A stretch of DNA of 64,000 bases from Octopus vulgaris (Eukaryota). Each line of letters starts with the position of its first letter. The first letter of the stretch is position 1. Positions 39,620 through 55,060 of the stretch are shown here, piece after piece. The translations under genes were made by a program, and so were the position numbers. The notes under the pieces are model-generated. The model was given only the letters and a program-made list of their open reading frames with translations, ran no database searches and was not told where the DNA came from. The stretch covers positions 32,364,001 to 32,428,000 of the forward strand of contig OX597818.1 in the NCBI GenBank assembly GCA_951406725.2, given 5' to 3'.

Positions 39620-40314
39620 ATTACAATACTGATGAAGAGAGCGAAGGAGACTTTGCAGAGGCCGGAGTTGAAGAATGTCATGAACCTATGACACACGCTG
39701 TCACAAAGCGTATAACAAACAGTCAGACGGCATTAACTATGAAGTATTTAAGGGGTTCTACTGTCCCAAGATTTAGGCTTCTCATATAAGTATAAACAAC
39801 GAAAGAAAAGCAAGAAAAAAAAAACAAGAACAAAATAAAAAACGAGACGGAAATACCATTATACGATTAAATACGATTAAATAATAACTGGAGTGAGCTG
39901 GCGACTCCAGCGAGAGTAGAATTTGGTAAACGGGAGAAAGAATTTATAGTAACATTGTAGAGGGACATAAATAACCCGACTGAAAGAATTAGAAAGATGA
40001 GAAACGAAACTAAATTCACCGTGAAACAATGTGTTCTGCTCAGACGATTGGGCAAACCGCGTTGTTAGACTCACACATACGTACGTACGTACGAAGCACA
40101 CACACACACAGCGTACGTACAGTTAAGGAAATAAATGAGTAACATTGCAACACACGCTATTCCACATACACCTTATGTTTATTTATCACACACGCACGCA
40201 CAAGCACGCACAGATACACGCATACTCTCACACGCACGCTTACTCTCACGCATATAAAACACACACATGCGTGTACTATGTATATGTGCTTACATATATA
40301 TATCTCTCTCTCTG

Positions 40315-40359
<45 letters not shown>

Positions 40360-40462
40360 ATCTATTTGTCTGTCTATCTGTCTGTCTGTCTATCTGTCTG
40401 TCTATCTCTATCTCTCTATCTATCTGTCTATCTCTCTATATATCTGTCTATCTCTCTATCTA

Positions 40463-40503
<41 letters not shown>

Positions 40504-40571
40504 ATACCTATCTATCTATATACCTATCTATCTACCTATCTACCTACCTATCTACCTACATATCTATCTAA

Positions 40572-40623
<52 letters not shown>

Positions 40624-40765
40624 ATATCTATCTATCTATTTACGCGCGCACACATATACTCGTGTGTGGTACATCTAGCTGCACGTGTGTTCGCTCAGCT
40701 GTGTGACGTACACATCATGCATACATACAAGTATACATCCGTGTGTACAAGTTACATCTTACGAA

Positions 40766-41234
40766 TGTTATCGAGTGTATTCCCCCACTTCGCCTTCATG
40801 TTTTAAAGGTACTTTTATATACTTACACTGTACAAGTTCAGTCGTCTTGAATTGTGTCAGTCTTTATTGCTCGTTTGCGTGAACTGTTGTGAACCGCGTT
40901 TTCAGTGTTCGAGTTCCAGGGATTTATTTGACTCTGTGTTTACTTCTCCCTTCGACCCCATTATCCGACCTCTTTTTATTAGGCTCGATGGTACGCTGTG
41001 TTTAGCATTGCATTTGTTTCTCGTTTGTGCTCGCCCGCGCGGTATTTGAGCACTGTTCTCAAATGGGTTCCTCGGTTTTTCTTGACACAGCTAATAGATA
41101 TTGTTAAGTCGCACGTTCGGATTGACTGCTACTCAACTCTTCTCTGTTCTTGTCTCTCTCGACTTCTAGACTTCTCCCTCTATATCTACGTATTGGGCTA
41201 GTCTACTTCATCGTCTGGGGGCGTCCACACAACA
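40766..41234 (-). mobile_element. Possible solo LTR
   Basis: 469-bp CpG-retaining island bounded by TGTT...AACA, with AATAAA on - about 100 nt from the end. No TSD found. Confidence 0.3.
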
Positions 41235-42376
41235 GATATGGATCGAGAAATGCAGCTCATCAATGTTAATGATGCAACGACTCTCACGGTTTTCTTTTTG
41301 TTTTATTAAGAATCATTCGGTACGATTGGTTTCCTTTCTTCTACTATTGCTTAATACTTGAGGATGTAAACCAAAATAAACTTCTAATTTATTGAAATTA
41401 TGATCCTAATGAGGAAAAATGCTATCTCATATAAATGAAAATTGTTAGCAAGGAAGCAATGGAGAGAACACCGAAATTTTTACCAAATAACATTTAAATG
41501 AAGATGTTGAAGAGGGTTCGTAAGTTTGGTCTTGTGCTGAAGATTCTTGGAATTCTTCGGTATTACTTGAATCTCATCAGCAAGACGTATTCAGTTCTAT
41601 CCCTGCGAAGATCGTAGAACAGCTAACAGACTTAGTTGTTTGTGTGGAGAACAGTCAAAAGCAATTTAATATTTCTCAAGGAGGCATTCTGCCCGAAGAA
41701 CATATAGTTACGTGCAGGTTACCATAAATACGTAGAGAACTGAAAATAGTTAATTGAAACCATAACGCCTATGAGAAACGGGCCTTCTGCGTTAATAAAA
41801 AAAAAAAGAAAGAAAAATTCCCGGAAAGGCAAAGGGAGCTTATTCCTGAATTTCAATGATCTCAAAATTAAATGGAAATACACGGGAAAGTGCAGGCTAA
41901 TCTTTGAGTAATTTAGAAAATTTTCTGCCATTATCTTAACTTGCCCTTTTGGGGAATGTTCTTGACAGACACATGGCAGCGCTTGAATCAAAATAAACTA
42001 TCTCTATTAATCTCTCTGCAATTGAGTGAATTGTGTTTCACTGAGAAGTCCCATAAGATAGAAACATGACTGCTAAAATTCAAACTCACTCTTCTTCCTC
42101 TATCTTCTTCAATAAATTTTTGCTTAATTGACACTTCGGGAGTTCTTTTCCTTGTTACTTGTGAATATAAATTTTCATTAGCGCTATGACATTTTATTTT
42201 CACAGGGCTGTAATTTTAAATAATTAAAAATTATTTTCGGCTATTTCAAGTGCGGTTGCTCACATTTATCACTCTATTCTTTAATTATGTACTCGACCTG
42301 CAGATGAGACACATTGCGGGAAATTTCTTTAGATCTATCCATTTTTATATTATATATACATCTATCTATTTATATA

Positions 42377-42796
42377 TACTCTTTTTTACTTGTTTCAGTC
42401 ATTTGACTGCGGCCATGCTGGGGCACCGCCTTTAGTCGAGCAAATCGACCCCGGGACTTATTCTTTGTAAGTCCAGTACTTATTCTATCGGTCTCTTTTG
42501 CCGAACCGCTAAGTGACGGGGACATAAACACACCAGCATCGGTTGTCAAGCAATGCTAGGGCGACAAACACAGACGCACAAACACATACACACAAACACA
42601 TACACACACATACATATATATATACATATATACGACAGGCTTCTTTCAGTTTCCGTCTACCAAATCCACTCACAAGGCATTGGTCGGCCCGGGGCTATAG
42701 CAGAAGACACTTGCCCAAGATTCCACGCAGTGGGACTGAACCCGGAACCATGTGGTTGGTTAGCAAGCTACTTACCACTCAGCCACTCCTGCGCCT
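42377..42796 (-). mobile_element. SINE family A, full-length, subfamily 2
   Basis: Complete head, body and tail match to the other A copies. Confidence 0.93.
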
Positions 42797-42989
42797 ATTA
42801 TATACATATATTTCCCAGTCGTTTATAAATCTGATCGGATTCATCATTGTCGATTCCCGGGGTATGATGTCGATGTGATAAATCCTATATTCATATATTC
42901 ATCGGACAGAGACTTACGAAATTTCCATTATGGCCTATCATCATAACCAAGAAACTATTAAAAGAAACTCATCGAGCAAGCCTATAAAT

Positions 42990-43175
42990 GTTCGCTCGAC
43001 TTACTAGAAATAGTAAGCAACTTTACCTCAAATGGCACTTTAAACATCATCAAAAGATGAGAAGGAAACTCGGACTAATGTAGTTTTATGTACACTATGC
43101 CTGAAAAGATGGCGGAAGGGTCTTTTATCGTAGGTATGGTTAAGAAAGGCTTACTTAGGGCTAAACAGCATCATT
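42990..43175 (+). repeat. Ancient dispersed repeat family (other remnants near 9135-9270 -, 24040-24250 +, 52020-52210 -, 58300-58470 +)
   Basis: Recurring degenerate motifs ctagaaatagc, gataatgtag, gatcataggtctgct and gggctaaacaac. Confidence 0.45.
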
Positions 43176-43291
43176 GATAGTAAAAACAAAATAAAAATTA
43201 AAAAGGAACATCAACTTATTTATTAACAACAAGAACAACAACCAATGCAAATGGAATATTTAAGAAAACGGTTGATGGATACGAGAAGATA

Positions 43292-43482
43292 TATTTCTTA
43301 ATTGCCCACAAGGGTCTAAACATAGAGGGGACAAACAAGGACAGACAAAGGGATTAAGTCGGTTACATCGACCCCAGTGCAAAACTGGTACTTTATTTAT
43401 CGACCCCGAAAGGATGAAAGGCAAAGTCGACCTCGGCGGAATTTGAACTCAGAACGTAAACGACAGACGAAATACCGCTAAG
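43292..43482 (-). mobile_element. SINE family B, 5'-truncated monomer
   Basis: atcgaccccgaaaggatgaaaggcaaagtcgacctcggcggaatttgaactcag with tail type 1. Confidence 0.9.
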
Positions 43483-44532
43483 ATTGGAGTATGTTGAATA
43501 ACTGCTGTAAAATGTGAAATTGACAGTAATGTAAAAAGATGTTGTTTGAACAGGGAACTCGGTCACCGAAGAAGAAGAAGATGATGAGAAAAAACAACAA
43601 CAAAAGAACATATAAAGGAATACATAAATAAATGTATAAATAGATATATGGAGAGAAGGAAGCAATTCCAGACGAGAAGAAATAAGAATTGTCTGATAGT
43701 TGTTCTATTATTTTCGTTAATCTACTTTTCTGACGCAGAACTGGTGCCGCATTTATAGGAGAAGGTTAAATTAGATACTCTAGATCGAGTGGATGCTGGC
43801 ACTCAGATAACATCCTAAATCCTATATTCTCACTTTATTCTTAAATTTCAACGAATCTTTACCGTCATATATTCCCTATCCCAAGTATTATTTTCTGACT
43901 TTATTTTTCATTGCCACAACGATGTGATGTATCAGATGTACTACTACATTATATTGTACCACCAGTACTGAAATGAAAAGTCGATGATGAAATGATGGGA
44001 ACCCACAGGTGCACTCTCTTTGCCGCTATCTCTTGAAGAAACCTTTTCTTTTGTTCTTCGTGCAGCGCTTCTTTAAGTTCACTCGAAATAAATGAATAAA
44101 TCCGAGCATTCAACGACAGCAGTTTACGAATTTCTTTGCCATAATTCATATCGTTTATTTCTATGCAATTACCTCCGTTATTTCGATAAACACTTTGTAC
44201 CAGTATCACCATCGTCACTGTTGTAAGAACTAAAATGACCATATACTCCACTACTGTAACCACCGCTATCACCAGAATTAATCACCACCACCATCGACAA
44301 AGAACAATTTCACTGTTAACCATCAGCAGCTCTATCAGCCTCATAATTATCTGTTATTCTGTTTAACACTCTTCAGTGTCCACTTACATTCCAATTTCTT
44401 TTGAGTTGTCGATCATTTATTGATGTGTTATAAAGATGAATCTAACATGAAGTCTATAAAGAATTTGTTAATATATATAGAAATTATTCAGACATATAAA
44501 TTATGTTTTGTTAATGATTATCAATAATATCA

Positions 44533-44692
44533 CAGGAGTGGCTGTGTGGTAAGTAGCTTGCTTACCAGCCACATGGTTTCGGGTTCAGTCCCACTTGGCA
44601 CCTTGGGCAAGTGTCTTCTCCTACAGCCTCGGGTCGACCAAAGCCTTGTGAGTGGATTTGGTAGACGGAAACTGAAAGAAGCCCGTCGTATA

Positions 44693-44734
<42 letters not shown>

Positions 44735-44938
44735 TGTGTGTTTGTCCCCCTAGCATTGCTGACAACCGATGCTGGTGTGTTTATGTCCCGTCACTTAGCG
44801 GTTCGGCAAAAGAGACCGATATAATAAGTACTGGGCTTACAAAGAATAAGTCCCGGGGTCGAGTTGCCCGATTAAAGGTGGTTCTCCAGCATGGCCGCAG
44901 TCAAATGACTGAAACAAATAAAAGAGTAATAGAGTAAT
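44533..44938 (+). mobile_element. SINE family A, full-length
   Basis: Colinear with 35267-35674. Confidence 0.93.
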
Positions 44939-45569
44939 ATATATATATATATATATATATATAAAGATGATGGAATCTGCTTATTTTATGTTAATCGTGT
45001 CCATAAGAAGATTTTACTTTCCATGAAGTCTTGAAAACTCTCCGGTACTAAAGTTTCGTGTATATAAAACTGTTTATGAGTTCAAGTCAATGAGTTTCCA
45101 TGATTTTTAGCAATTATATTAAGGAAAAAGTTTATTACCATAATATTTTGAGGTTACTGTGTACATTATCTAAGTATTTTCTAACGCGCGACATTGCACG
45201 AAAAGAGATAAATTCCTTCCCAAGCGAATCTGCAAATTGAATCAGTATCAAAAAGAAACAAATCGATATCTAGTTGAGATAAATCGATACTTGGATGAGA
45301 CAAACCTCTTGAGGTCGATAAACTAAAGGAAGTAGATAAATAAAGTAGACTCGATATATTAATCTAAAAACGAAAGAAATTTGAAGCCGTCAAATAAGCA
45401 AGGTCACTAATGACTGAAACTTAGAACAAAATAATTACAAGTGCAATCTCTGTCTGTCTGCAATCTCTTACGCTCAAATATACTCTAGACACACACAAAC
45501 ATACACACACAGGCACGCACACACACAAATACACACACTCGCGAGTGCGCTATGGATGCTCCTCATATA

Positions 45570-45802
45570 TATTTCTTTACTGCCCAGAAGGGGCTAAACA
45601 TAGAGGGGACAAACAAGGACAGACGAAGGGATTGAGTCGATTATATCGACCCCAGTGCGAAACTGGTACTTTATTTATCGACCCCGAAAGGATGAAAGGC
45701 AATGTTGACCTCGGCGGAATTTGAACTCAGAACGTAACGACAGACGAAAATACCACTAAGCATTTCGCCCGGCGCGCTAACGTGTCTGCTAGCTCGCTAC
45801 CT
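45570..45802 (-). mobile_element. SINE family B, full-length monomer
   Basis: Head, body and type 1 tail match 13377-13609. Confidence 0.9.
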
Positions 45803-47308
45803 AACACACCTACGTCAATCAAGTGCTCAGAAAACATTTCTCATAAATGCTCACGCATTTATACTGCATTTAAGCGCGCCTCTCTCACACACGCGAAAGC
45901 AGACCAACACGTGCACGCATGCAATTATCTATTAATATTCTACATCCATAAATAACATTCATATGCACGTATGTCAACTGATTTTTTTTTAAGACACAAG
46001 TACATAAAAACACGTCCGAATATATTCATACATTATTGGCATGCATAAAATACGCCTCTGAACCTCTCCATATAAACTTCTTTAGTTCTTTTCCCACCAC
46101 TCTACTCAAAATGCAGTCAATTTGATGATATCTACCTGTGTATGTTAATGCAATTGCGCGTATACGTTTGTGTTTTCGTAGGAAATTAAAATTTTCTTAA
46201 CAAACTACTACATGTATAGATTTAAATGCATATCACAGCTGCTGGTGTAGATTAATGTAATCAGGTTTTCATTTCCACTTCCATAAGTGTCGAACAGTAT
46301 TATTATATGTATGTATTCATAACTAATTAGTATAATTGGTATGTTTCCCTAGATGTATACTATAACTTTCTAATATATGTTTTACAGGCGCACACACTCT
46401 CTCTTTCTCTCTCACACATACATACATATATGCACACACGCATGTACTCTTGACATCTCTATATGTTTGGTAAAACTACCTCAAAGTATGAAATACTTAC
46501 TGATTACAGCACCACTGATAATTACTTTATGCTGCCAGGATATCTATCAAGTTTCTTCTCTATTTTGTATCCTTTTTTAATTTCGTTTCATCTGCAACGA
46601 ATATGTTCTAGGCCTTTTGCATATTCTATATACTGACGGATGAAGCTTTTTTTTCTAGTTAATCACTCATTCTAAGAGCGAGAGATGAAGGAAAAAGATT
46701 TATCATATATGCTTAAACTTAAAAATTTCAATAAAACAGTGCAATACTTTCACCCAATGAAGAACATTCTTCCGGCATTTTTAGATTCTTTAATAGATTA
46801 ACGAAAACCTTTCAGAATGTAACATTCATTTCAAAAAGGAAATCACACGCTGGTTTAGATATTCGAAAAGCATATTTATGTCAAAATTGTTTGTTTCTCT
46901 CAAAAATATTACATCCGCTTGCAGCTTTAGCGTTTCTCCAAAACCTTGTAAAAGGACAAAAATAAGATCGATAAAATGTTCTGATGTAGGAATGGCTATT
47001 TGTGCTTAATGTTCAAATGTAATAATCTGGAAAAAAAAAAGGAAATTGACTTGAATATTTTTAGAGGTCATAGATATAGCAACAGGAGAGATTTAGCAAA
47101 CAATATTTTGAGCCATTTAATTCAGTATGAAGAAATAATTTAGAATTAGGTAAGCAGGATGTATTAGGCAGATACTGAGGGGTAGGGAAGGACTGAAATT
47201 ATTTATTTATATTAGAAGTGAGAAAATAGTTAATATATTTCTTAAAATAGAAAAAAATATTAAAATTTCATTCCTAAATTGGAGGAGCAGTAGTGTATAA
47301 TATATATG

Positions 47309-47339
<31 letters not shown>

Positions 47340-47393
47340 ACACACGTGTAGATATGTCTTTGTGTATCATTCTTTAACAACACTATTGACAGT

Positions 47394-48250
47394 GCCTACG
47401 ACGTTTCGGCCAACTAAGCCATCATCAAACTATGCTATCTTTGAGTTCAAGTTCCACTTTTCAGAAGTAGGTGTATCTCTGTTGAATAAGTTTAATTGTG
47501 GGATAGGTTCTGAATGAAAGAAGTTGTATTATTACGTTTATATATTTGTTTTGCAAGATTCTTGATATGAAATCGTGTGTTGAAACAGATGTTGTTGTAT
47601 TTAGGTGAAGCAAATTTGTATTTGCTGAAACAAATTAACACCAAATATATAGTGCGTGTGTTTTTATTGGCTAAACTGGCTAAATGACCATTCCTAAATA
47701 CAACAACAGTTGTATTATTGTTTGCAACTAATTCTTGTATTTGATCAGATGTATTTAGGTGTGTCAGCGTCAGGCCAGGGTGTTGCTTTTCAGGAGTTCA
47801 CCAAATATGGGTAGGAGAATGAGGGTAGTTGGTCAGTAAATGTGTTACTATGTTTAAATATTGTTGGTTTAAATGGTTTTGCATATTAATCGGAGATAGT
47901 TTTTGTTAAGGGAATGTCCCACATTTAAATCTTTGTAATCAGTAGTTTTATTTAGGAGTGTCAGGTTCTTTGGTCAAGAAATTTAAAAGGTGCAGAAAAG
48001 AATGTAAATAAGTGGTAATCTTTAGTTGGTCAGCAGGTTTCTGTACGTGTTGTTAGTATTCTATTCCTTAGATTTCACCTGTTTGTTTTGGGATGGTGAA
48101 CATCAAACACACCATGGTGTTAGTATGGAAGTTTGTTTAACTTATTCCTTAATGTACACAAGAGTATGCAGGTGGATGTAAAGGTTAGCAGATGTTTCCT
48201 TAGGAGTTAATTGTTCCAGAAGTTATTACATAAGTATTTTAACATTTGTG
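47394..48250 (-). mobile_element. Decayed Penelope-like retroelement remnant with terminal hammerhead motif
   Basis: Frameshifted peptides on -: NKLPY..., TYR(K)PAD..., TYLHSFSAP resemble the PLE RT thumb (LPFLD...YRKPT...YL...S.HP). Ends in UUGAUGA-u-GGCU(uaguu)GGCC-GAAACGUC at 47400-47428. Confidence 0.5.
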
Positions 48251-48850
48251 TTTTACGGAGGTAAAGTTTGTGGGCTATGTTTTCGCAAATATTTCTTCTG
48301 TCCTATTCCAAGTGTAAGTAAACATGCATGCATACATACATACATACATACATACGTACATACGTACGTACATACATACATACATACATACATAATACAC
48401 ATATGCATAATACATATGTGTGTGTGTATATATATATTTATATACTTATATATGAGTACACACATGTATGTATGCTTGAATGTATGAAACTGTTGGTATA
48501 ACAAAATTAAGGTGAAAACAAGAAAAAAAAAAAACAACGCTCACAAACATGCTTAACCCATCATCACAATTTTGACACCTTCCGACAATATTGTTCAATT
48601 TTATGATGTCAGCAATGCAAGCTTCTGGGCTATAGACATGTTCACACGATAAACGCACAAGGAAAGGTCCAGAAAATGATAGTAAACGAAAAAAAAAATG
48701 TTCACAGAACGGCAAATAAGGCGAGTTGCGACGACAATAGGAAGAGAATACAAAATGCAACAAATATATAGACAATGATGATAAGCAAAAGAAGTAAAAT
48801 GTAATCGGTGCGTGGGTTTTATTAAAATAACGCCCCTCATCGAGAAGGAT

Positions 48851-48899
<49 letters not shown>

Positions 48900-49088
48900 T
48901 GTATGCACATGTAAATGCACAAAAACTAATGCGCTTTTGTACATAACACGTCTGGCATCACATAACCGTGCGCATCTGCTTTTCTTTGTCTACATACATA
49001 CACAACTATATATTTACAGGCATAGACTAACAGCGCACATTGGCCTGCAAAGATTGTGTGTTTGTGTGCGCGTGTGTGTGTGTGTGCG

Positions 49089-49131
<43 letters not shown>

Positions 49132-50257
49132 GAGAGGGAGCGGGAGTGTTGAAAAAGAAGAATCTTTCTAGAAATATTGTCAATTAGAATGGTTTTATTT
49201 TTTTTATGTACATATATGTTATAGATAAAGGAACGTTCAAAAGCCATAAAATATGGAAGAATGCGAACGCTAACTATATTCACCGCAATAGTGTACTAAT
49301 ATAACAAAAAAGTCATACATACATACATACATACACGCGCTAATATGCACACGTGTATGTGCACACATGTACATAGTTGTGTACGAATGCAGCAATATTG
49401 TTTTTCTGAAGCATCCGCCTATTGCTTCAGTTAAACTTACATATTACTTGACAGTGTCAGACCATGTAATGCAAGCACGTATACTAAGGCATAGACTCAT
49501 ACACGCATACGTATACACTAATACATGTTCCTATGTGTATGTATGTTCTTCGTTTTACTTTTTGTTGGCAGACAGAAATTGCTCAACCGTGAAATTCAAA
49601 CACTTCTCAGCTAACGTTTTAATGGGCCTAATAACTGAATAAAGAACAAACAATATATTTTTTTTTTAACAAAATGAAAGTGTAAATAAAAGCAATGAAA
49701 AAAATATATACAGAATTGTAAAGCAATGGAAAATAATTTTAGTGCAAATATAAAGAAAAAAAAAAATTCTGATGTGAAGTAATACCGCCATATTTTCCTC
49801 TTTTATATTTTCTTCATTTGGACAAATAAAATCGTTAATAAATGGATAAATGAGTGAATGAACGAACGAACGACTACATGAATATAGCAAATAAATAGCG
49901 GTCATTGATTTCCGTATTGAACTAGGAAGGAAGGAAGAGAGAAAATTAGACATAGAAGCAAATGATGGTGTCGTCTTTCATCTCAATGAAAAATGCAACC
50001 ATTTCTATGTTATTTACGTTGTTTACCGCACGACGAGTTTCGTGTCTGCCAACGATTAAATATCGTTTTATTTCCGTAGGAATTAGTTTACTGACTGGCT
50101 GTGGTAATAATAATAATAATAATAACAACAACAACAATAATAATAATAATAATCATTGTACTAATGGTCGTACATTGTCTTTTACCTTTCTTTAAAAATA
50201 TCTAATTGCTTTAAATTATTTTCTCTATCTATCTTTCTGTCTGTCTGTCTGTCTGTG

Positions 50258-50337
<80 letters not shown>

Positions 50338-50395
50338 CATCTACCTATGTATGTATCTACGTATGTATGTATGTATATATGTATATATATATATA

Positions 50396-50438
<43 letters not shown>

Positions 50439-50532
50439 GTATATATATATATATATATATGTACGTATATATATATATATATGTACGTATATATATATAT
50501 GTACGTATATATATATATATATATATATGTAC

Positions 50533-50576
<44 letters not shown>

Positions 50577-50591
50577 GTATATATATATATA

Positions 50592-50932
50592 GGGTAAAGA
50601 CCCCCTTCGGTCATGAATGACCATGGGATTGCACCTAGAAAGTTACCCTCCTAGACACAAGTCCGGGCAAGGTTGTTTATGGAAGACCAGCAGTCGCCCA
50701 TGCATACCGGCCTCCCCTCTCCACGCCACCAGTGTTATTCAAGGGAAAGACAAAGGTCGATACAGCTTGGCACCAGTGACGTCGCAACTCATTTCTACAG
50801 CTGAGTGAACTGGAGCAACGTGAAATAAAGTGCCTTGCTCAAGAACACAACACGCAGCCCGGTCCGGGATTCGAGCTCACAACCTCACGATCGTAATCTC
50901 GACGCTCTAACCACTGAGCCATGCGCCTTCAC
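50592..50932 (-). mobile_element. SINE family C, full-length
   Basis: tRNA-like head tggctcagtggttagagcg...gagctcgaatccc on -. Matches 19313-19660. Confidence 0.92.
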
Positions 50933-50939
50933 TATATAC

Positions 50940-51427
<488 letters not shown>

Positions 51428-51512
51428 ATATTTTACTATAAAATTGGATTTAATCCTAAATCTGATTTTTTTCCCTGTAAATTTGGATTTATTCCTTAAT
51501 ATTTATTATTAC

Positions 51513-51550
<38 letters not shown>

Positions 51551-51564
51551 GTATGTATGATATG

Positions 51565-51785
51565 TACGTGGGGTGGTGGAAAGTTCCTGGTTTGGGGGTA
51601 AAAGAAAATATGGGCGGATCAGTTAATTATGATTTTATTTAACATATTCCCCTCTTAGATTCATACGCTTATTTCACCAGTCCTGATATTCTAAGCCCTG
51701 TAAAAGAACCCGTAAGGTTGAGCCTCCAACCAGATATTTCGCGATACCCTTAAAGCCAGGAACCTTTTTAATAGTCCGTCGTGTA
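51565..51785 (-). mobile_element. Mariner-derived MITE, same family as 26000-26222
   Basis: gaaagttcctggttt / aaagccaggaacctttt ends with a colinear interior. Confidence 0.78.
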
Positions 51786-53294
51786 AGTGTGTATATATAA
51801 TATCACTGGGCAATTTGTTTCTATATTTGTCTTCCTTTTTATATTTCTTCTTGCAGAAAATTGGCATGTATTAGTTTATGGAAATGACTATAGAAACAAT
51901 CACATTTTGTTAAATACAAATCAGTGTGTCAGATAACAGGAAAATTTGCCAGAAAAAAAAAAACATATATAACTATATATGAATACAACTATGATCTCTG
52001 AATTCCTTGCTCTCCATAAAGTTGTTGTTGCTTAGTTCCGGATAAACACTGATCAAATCTATGATCAAAGACATTCACAATGTAACGATGCCATTTTTTT
52101 TGTTTTTCAATTTCGTATTTAGAACCATATTATCCACTGTATTTGATTATGCCTGTAGAGTGTATTAAGTGAGATGCTTAGCTGTTAGTTCTAGAAAATC
52201 GAGCGGTTATTTAAGGGTTTATCATCAACTCATGTCTCATTAAGGTATTCGCATGAGGAGGCCTGCATACATAACTATGTTAATATAGCATGAACATTAT
52301 TTTATTGGAATAAGATCTCAATCAAGACATTGAATAATACAGTTCTAGTAATACAATGAAGAACGGAATGACATGCTTTTCATTAAGGAAATCTAATGAA
52401 TCAAGACTGCACTGAGGCTAAAAAGGATTAACAATAATGCGGTTTGACTCATTTTCTGAATATTTAATGCTCACCAGGACATTTTAAAGTTAACTTAACC
52501 TCTCTAATTGTTTTATTTATGCATTCTTCCTAATATAAGCAAATAACTTTTAACACAAACTTATCCTGCCATACCCCACACCAATGATTTATTTTACAGT
52601 AGTGAACGATACAAGTATTATAACAATGTACAGTTAGATAACTTGATGCTCAATATTGTAATTAAAATATCTTAACTGTATGTTGATTTTAAAAAAATTC
52701 TAAATACAAGTTTCATATTAAAATATGCCTATTTCTGGCAAGTTCTTAAATGGCGTTTTAAAATATAAACCCATCTAATGAAATCCACGTAATACGTTTT
52801 ATTTTTAACATCAAATTTCTATTTATCATACTTTTCTTTTCTTTTCTTAAGAATTATTGATTCAGCCTCATTTGCAATCAAGCCATCTGCAACTTCTTAT
52901 AATTCTAACAGTAACTTCATATGTGCTAACATGACAAGCTAATATCAGTTAATGAATGAGGATTTGCCTTACGCGAACACACACAAAAAAAGACAGTAAA
53001 TCAGTATATAAAGCAGAATAGCTATTTATAACAAACAGTTTCCTTGTACTATTTACTTCTCTGTTTTATTCATAAATGTAAAATTAAATCTTAATATGTC
53101 CGGATTATGGTAATTCTCTCTCTCACTTGTTCTCTCTCAATCTTGTCTCTTTCTCTCTCTCTCTCTCTCAGTCCGTCTATCTGTCTGCTTATCTATCTGT
53201 TTGGCTATCCATTCATCCGTTAAGCGATTCTCTGTCTGTATGCTTGTTTAGTTGTTCTACCAGTATCCACTCTTCCATCCGTCTGTCTGCCTAC

Positions 53295-53392
<98 letters not shown>

Positions 53393-53727
53393 GTCCATCT
53401 ATCTATCTGTCTGCCTGTCTATCTGTCTGCCTGTCTGTCTGTCTGTCTATCTGTCTGATTGCTTGTCTGTCTGTCTGTCTGTCTGATTGCTTGTCTGTCT
53501 GTCTGCCTGTCTGATTGCTTGTCTGTCTGTCTGTATGTATGTATGTATGTATGTATGTCCGTCCGTCTGTCTGATTGCTTGTCGCTCTGTCTGTCTGTCT
53601 GATTGTTTGTCTGTCTGTCTGTCTGTATGTATGTATGTATGTATGTATGTCCGCCCGTCCGTCTGTCTGATTGCTTGCCTGTCTGTCTGTCTGCTTGCTT
53701 ATATCTCTGTTTGTCTCGCCATCTCTG

Positions 53728-53765
<38 letters not shown>

Positions 53766-55060
53766 TCTCTATCCTTCTCTCTACTTATCTGCCTATCTGT
53801 CACTCTATCTACCTATCTCTTTATGTATGTGCGCGCTTGTGTGTGATTGTTCAACTTAACTGAGTCAAAGGCATTTTTTTATGTATCATTACAAATTAAT
53901 GATGCCTCCCCACCATTCTTCTCTTCTCATTCTACGCTTCTTTTATCCCTTCTTGTCGTGTGTCTATGTTGACTGACATCTCATATAAACCGACTACGAA
54001 ATATACGAAACTGATATCTCGTATCAGGTTGCATTGATTGTACCCACATGACGTTTTGTAAGCTTTGTAAGTGATACCTTTTATTTATCAGGTCCCTTAT
54101 GGAAGCTCCAACGACATATATGTACGTATATATATTATATAGAATGACAGATCGATTGGTCTCTGAAAGGTCCTATCGCTAATTTCTGTTTCAAGCAAAT
54201 AATCTAGGTCGTTTACAAATGCATATGTAGACCACTGGAATATTATTATATACGTATATTGTGTTAGACTGAAAAAGAAAGCTAAGGAGAAAAAAATAAA
54301 AGTCTTCAGATGTTTCGTATAATTGGAAGAAACGTTTCTTATTTAATATAGCTTCTACGATATTCATTTACACAAACTAGTTTTTTTCCCCTTCTTCGTT
54401 ATCTTATGAGTAACAAACAGCCGAGTGCATGAAGTGTTTGCTGAGGAGTTTGTGAGTTCGTATTTCGTCATTGATGACGAAAAGCGTTCCACCCCCTTCC
54501 CAACTTGAATGGAAACTGAGAACGATTTAGCAAGTGAAGGGTAGAAATGTTTGCTAATTGACTACGTTTGGCATAGAAATCGTATACTGTCAACACGCAT
54601 GCGAGAATACGTGAATGCATTTAACTGCTGTACATATAAATATTTTTCATTCTCATTTCATATAAATACATTTCTCTCGTTTCACCGAGGATTCTTTTGT
54701 TGTATTTTTGCTATTTTCCTAACATCCCTAAATATTCACCCAATAATTTCGTATATTTTATGTTGTGTATATGAATATACACACTTACACATGTATGAAC
54801 GCTACAAACTCATGCTTGTTCATCCAATCATCTAACGATAATTTTCTTTATTTTGTGATCTTTTGATGGTTCTGCATTCGAATGCAGACAGGGTATCTAA
54901 GTGCTTGATTGTAGTGCCAAAGGTATTAGAGACCATTTCTTCTGTTCTCCTAGCTGTCCTGAGAGCGTATCAACTCAATATCTCCTATTCTCGTCTAACA
55001 GTGTGATGGCTAAATCAGTGGCAGGCAGCCGTGTCATTTAGTTCTGTATGATTAATTAAT

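Noticed and set aside
50855-50932. tRNA gene
   Set aside because: A and B boxes are present but run into a SINE body repeated at 19313, with no clean acceptor stem; it is a SINE head.
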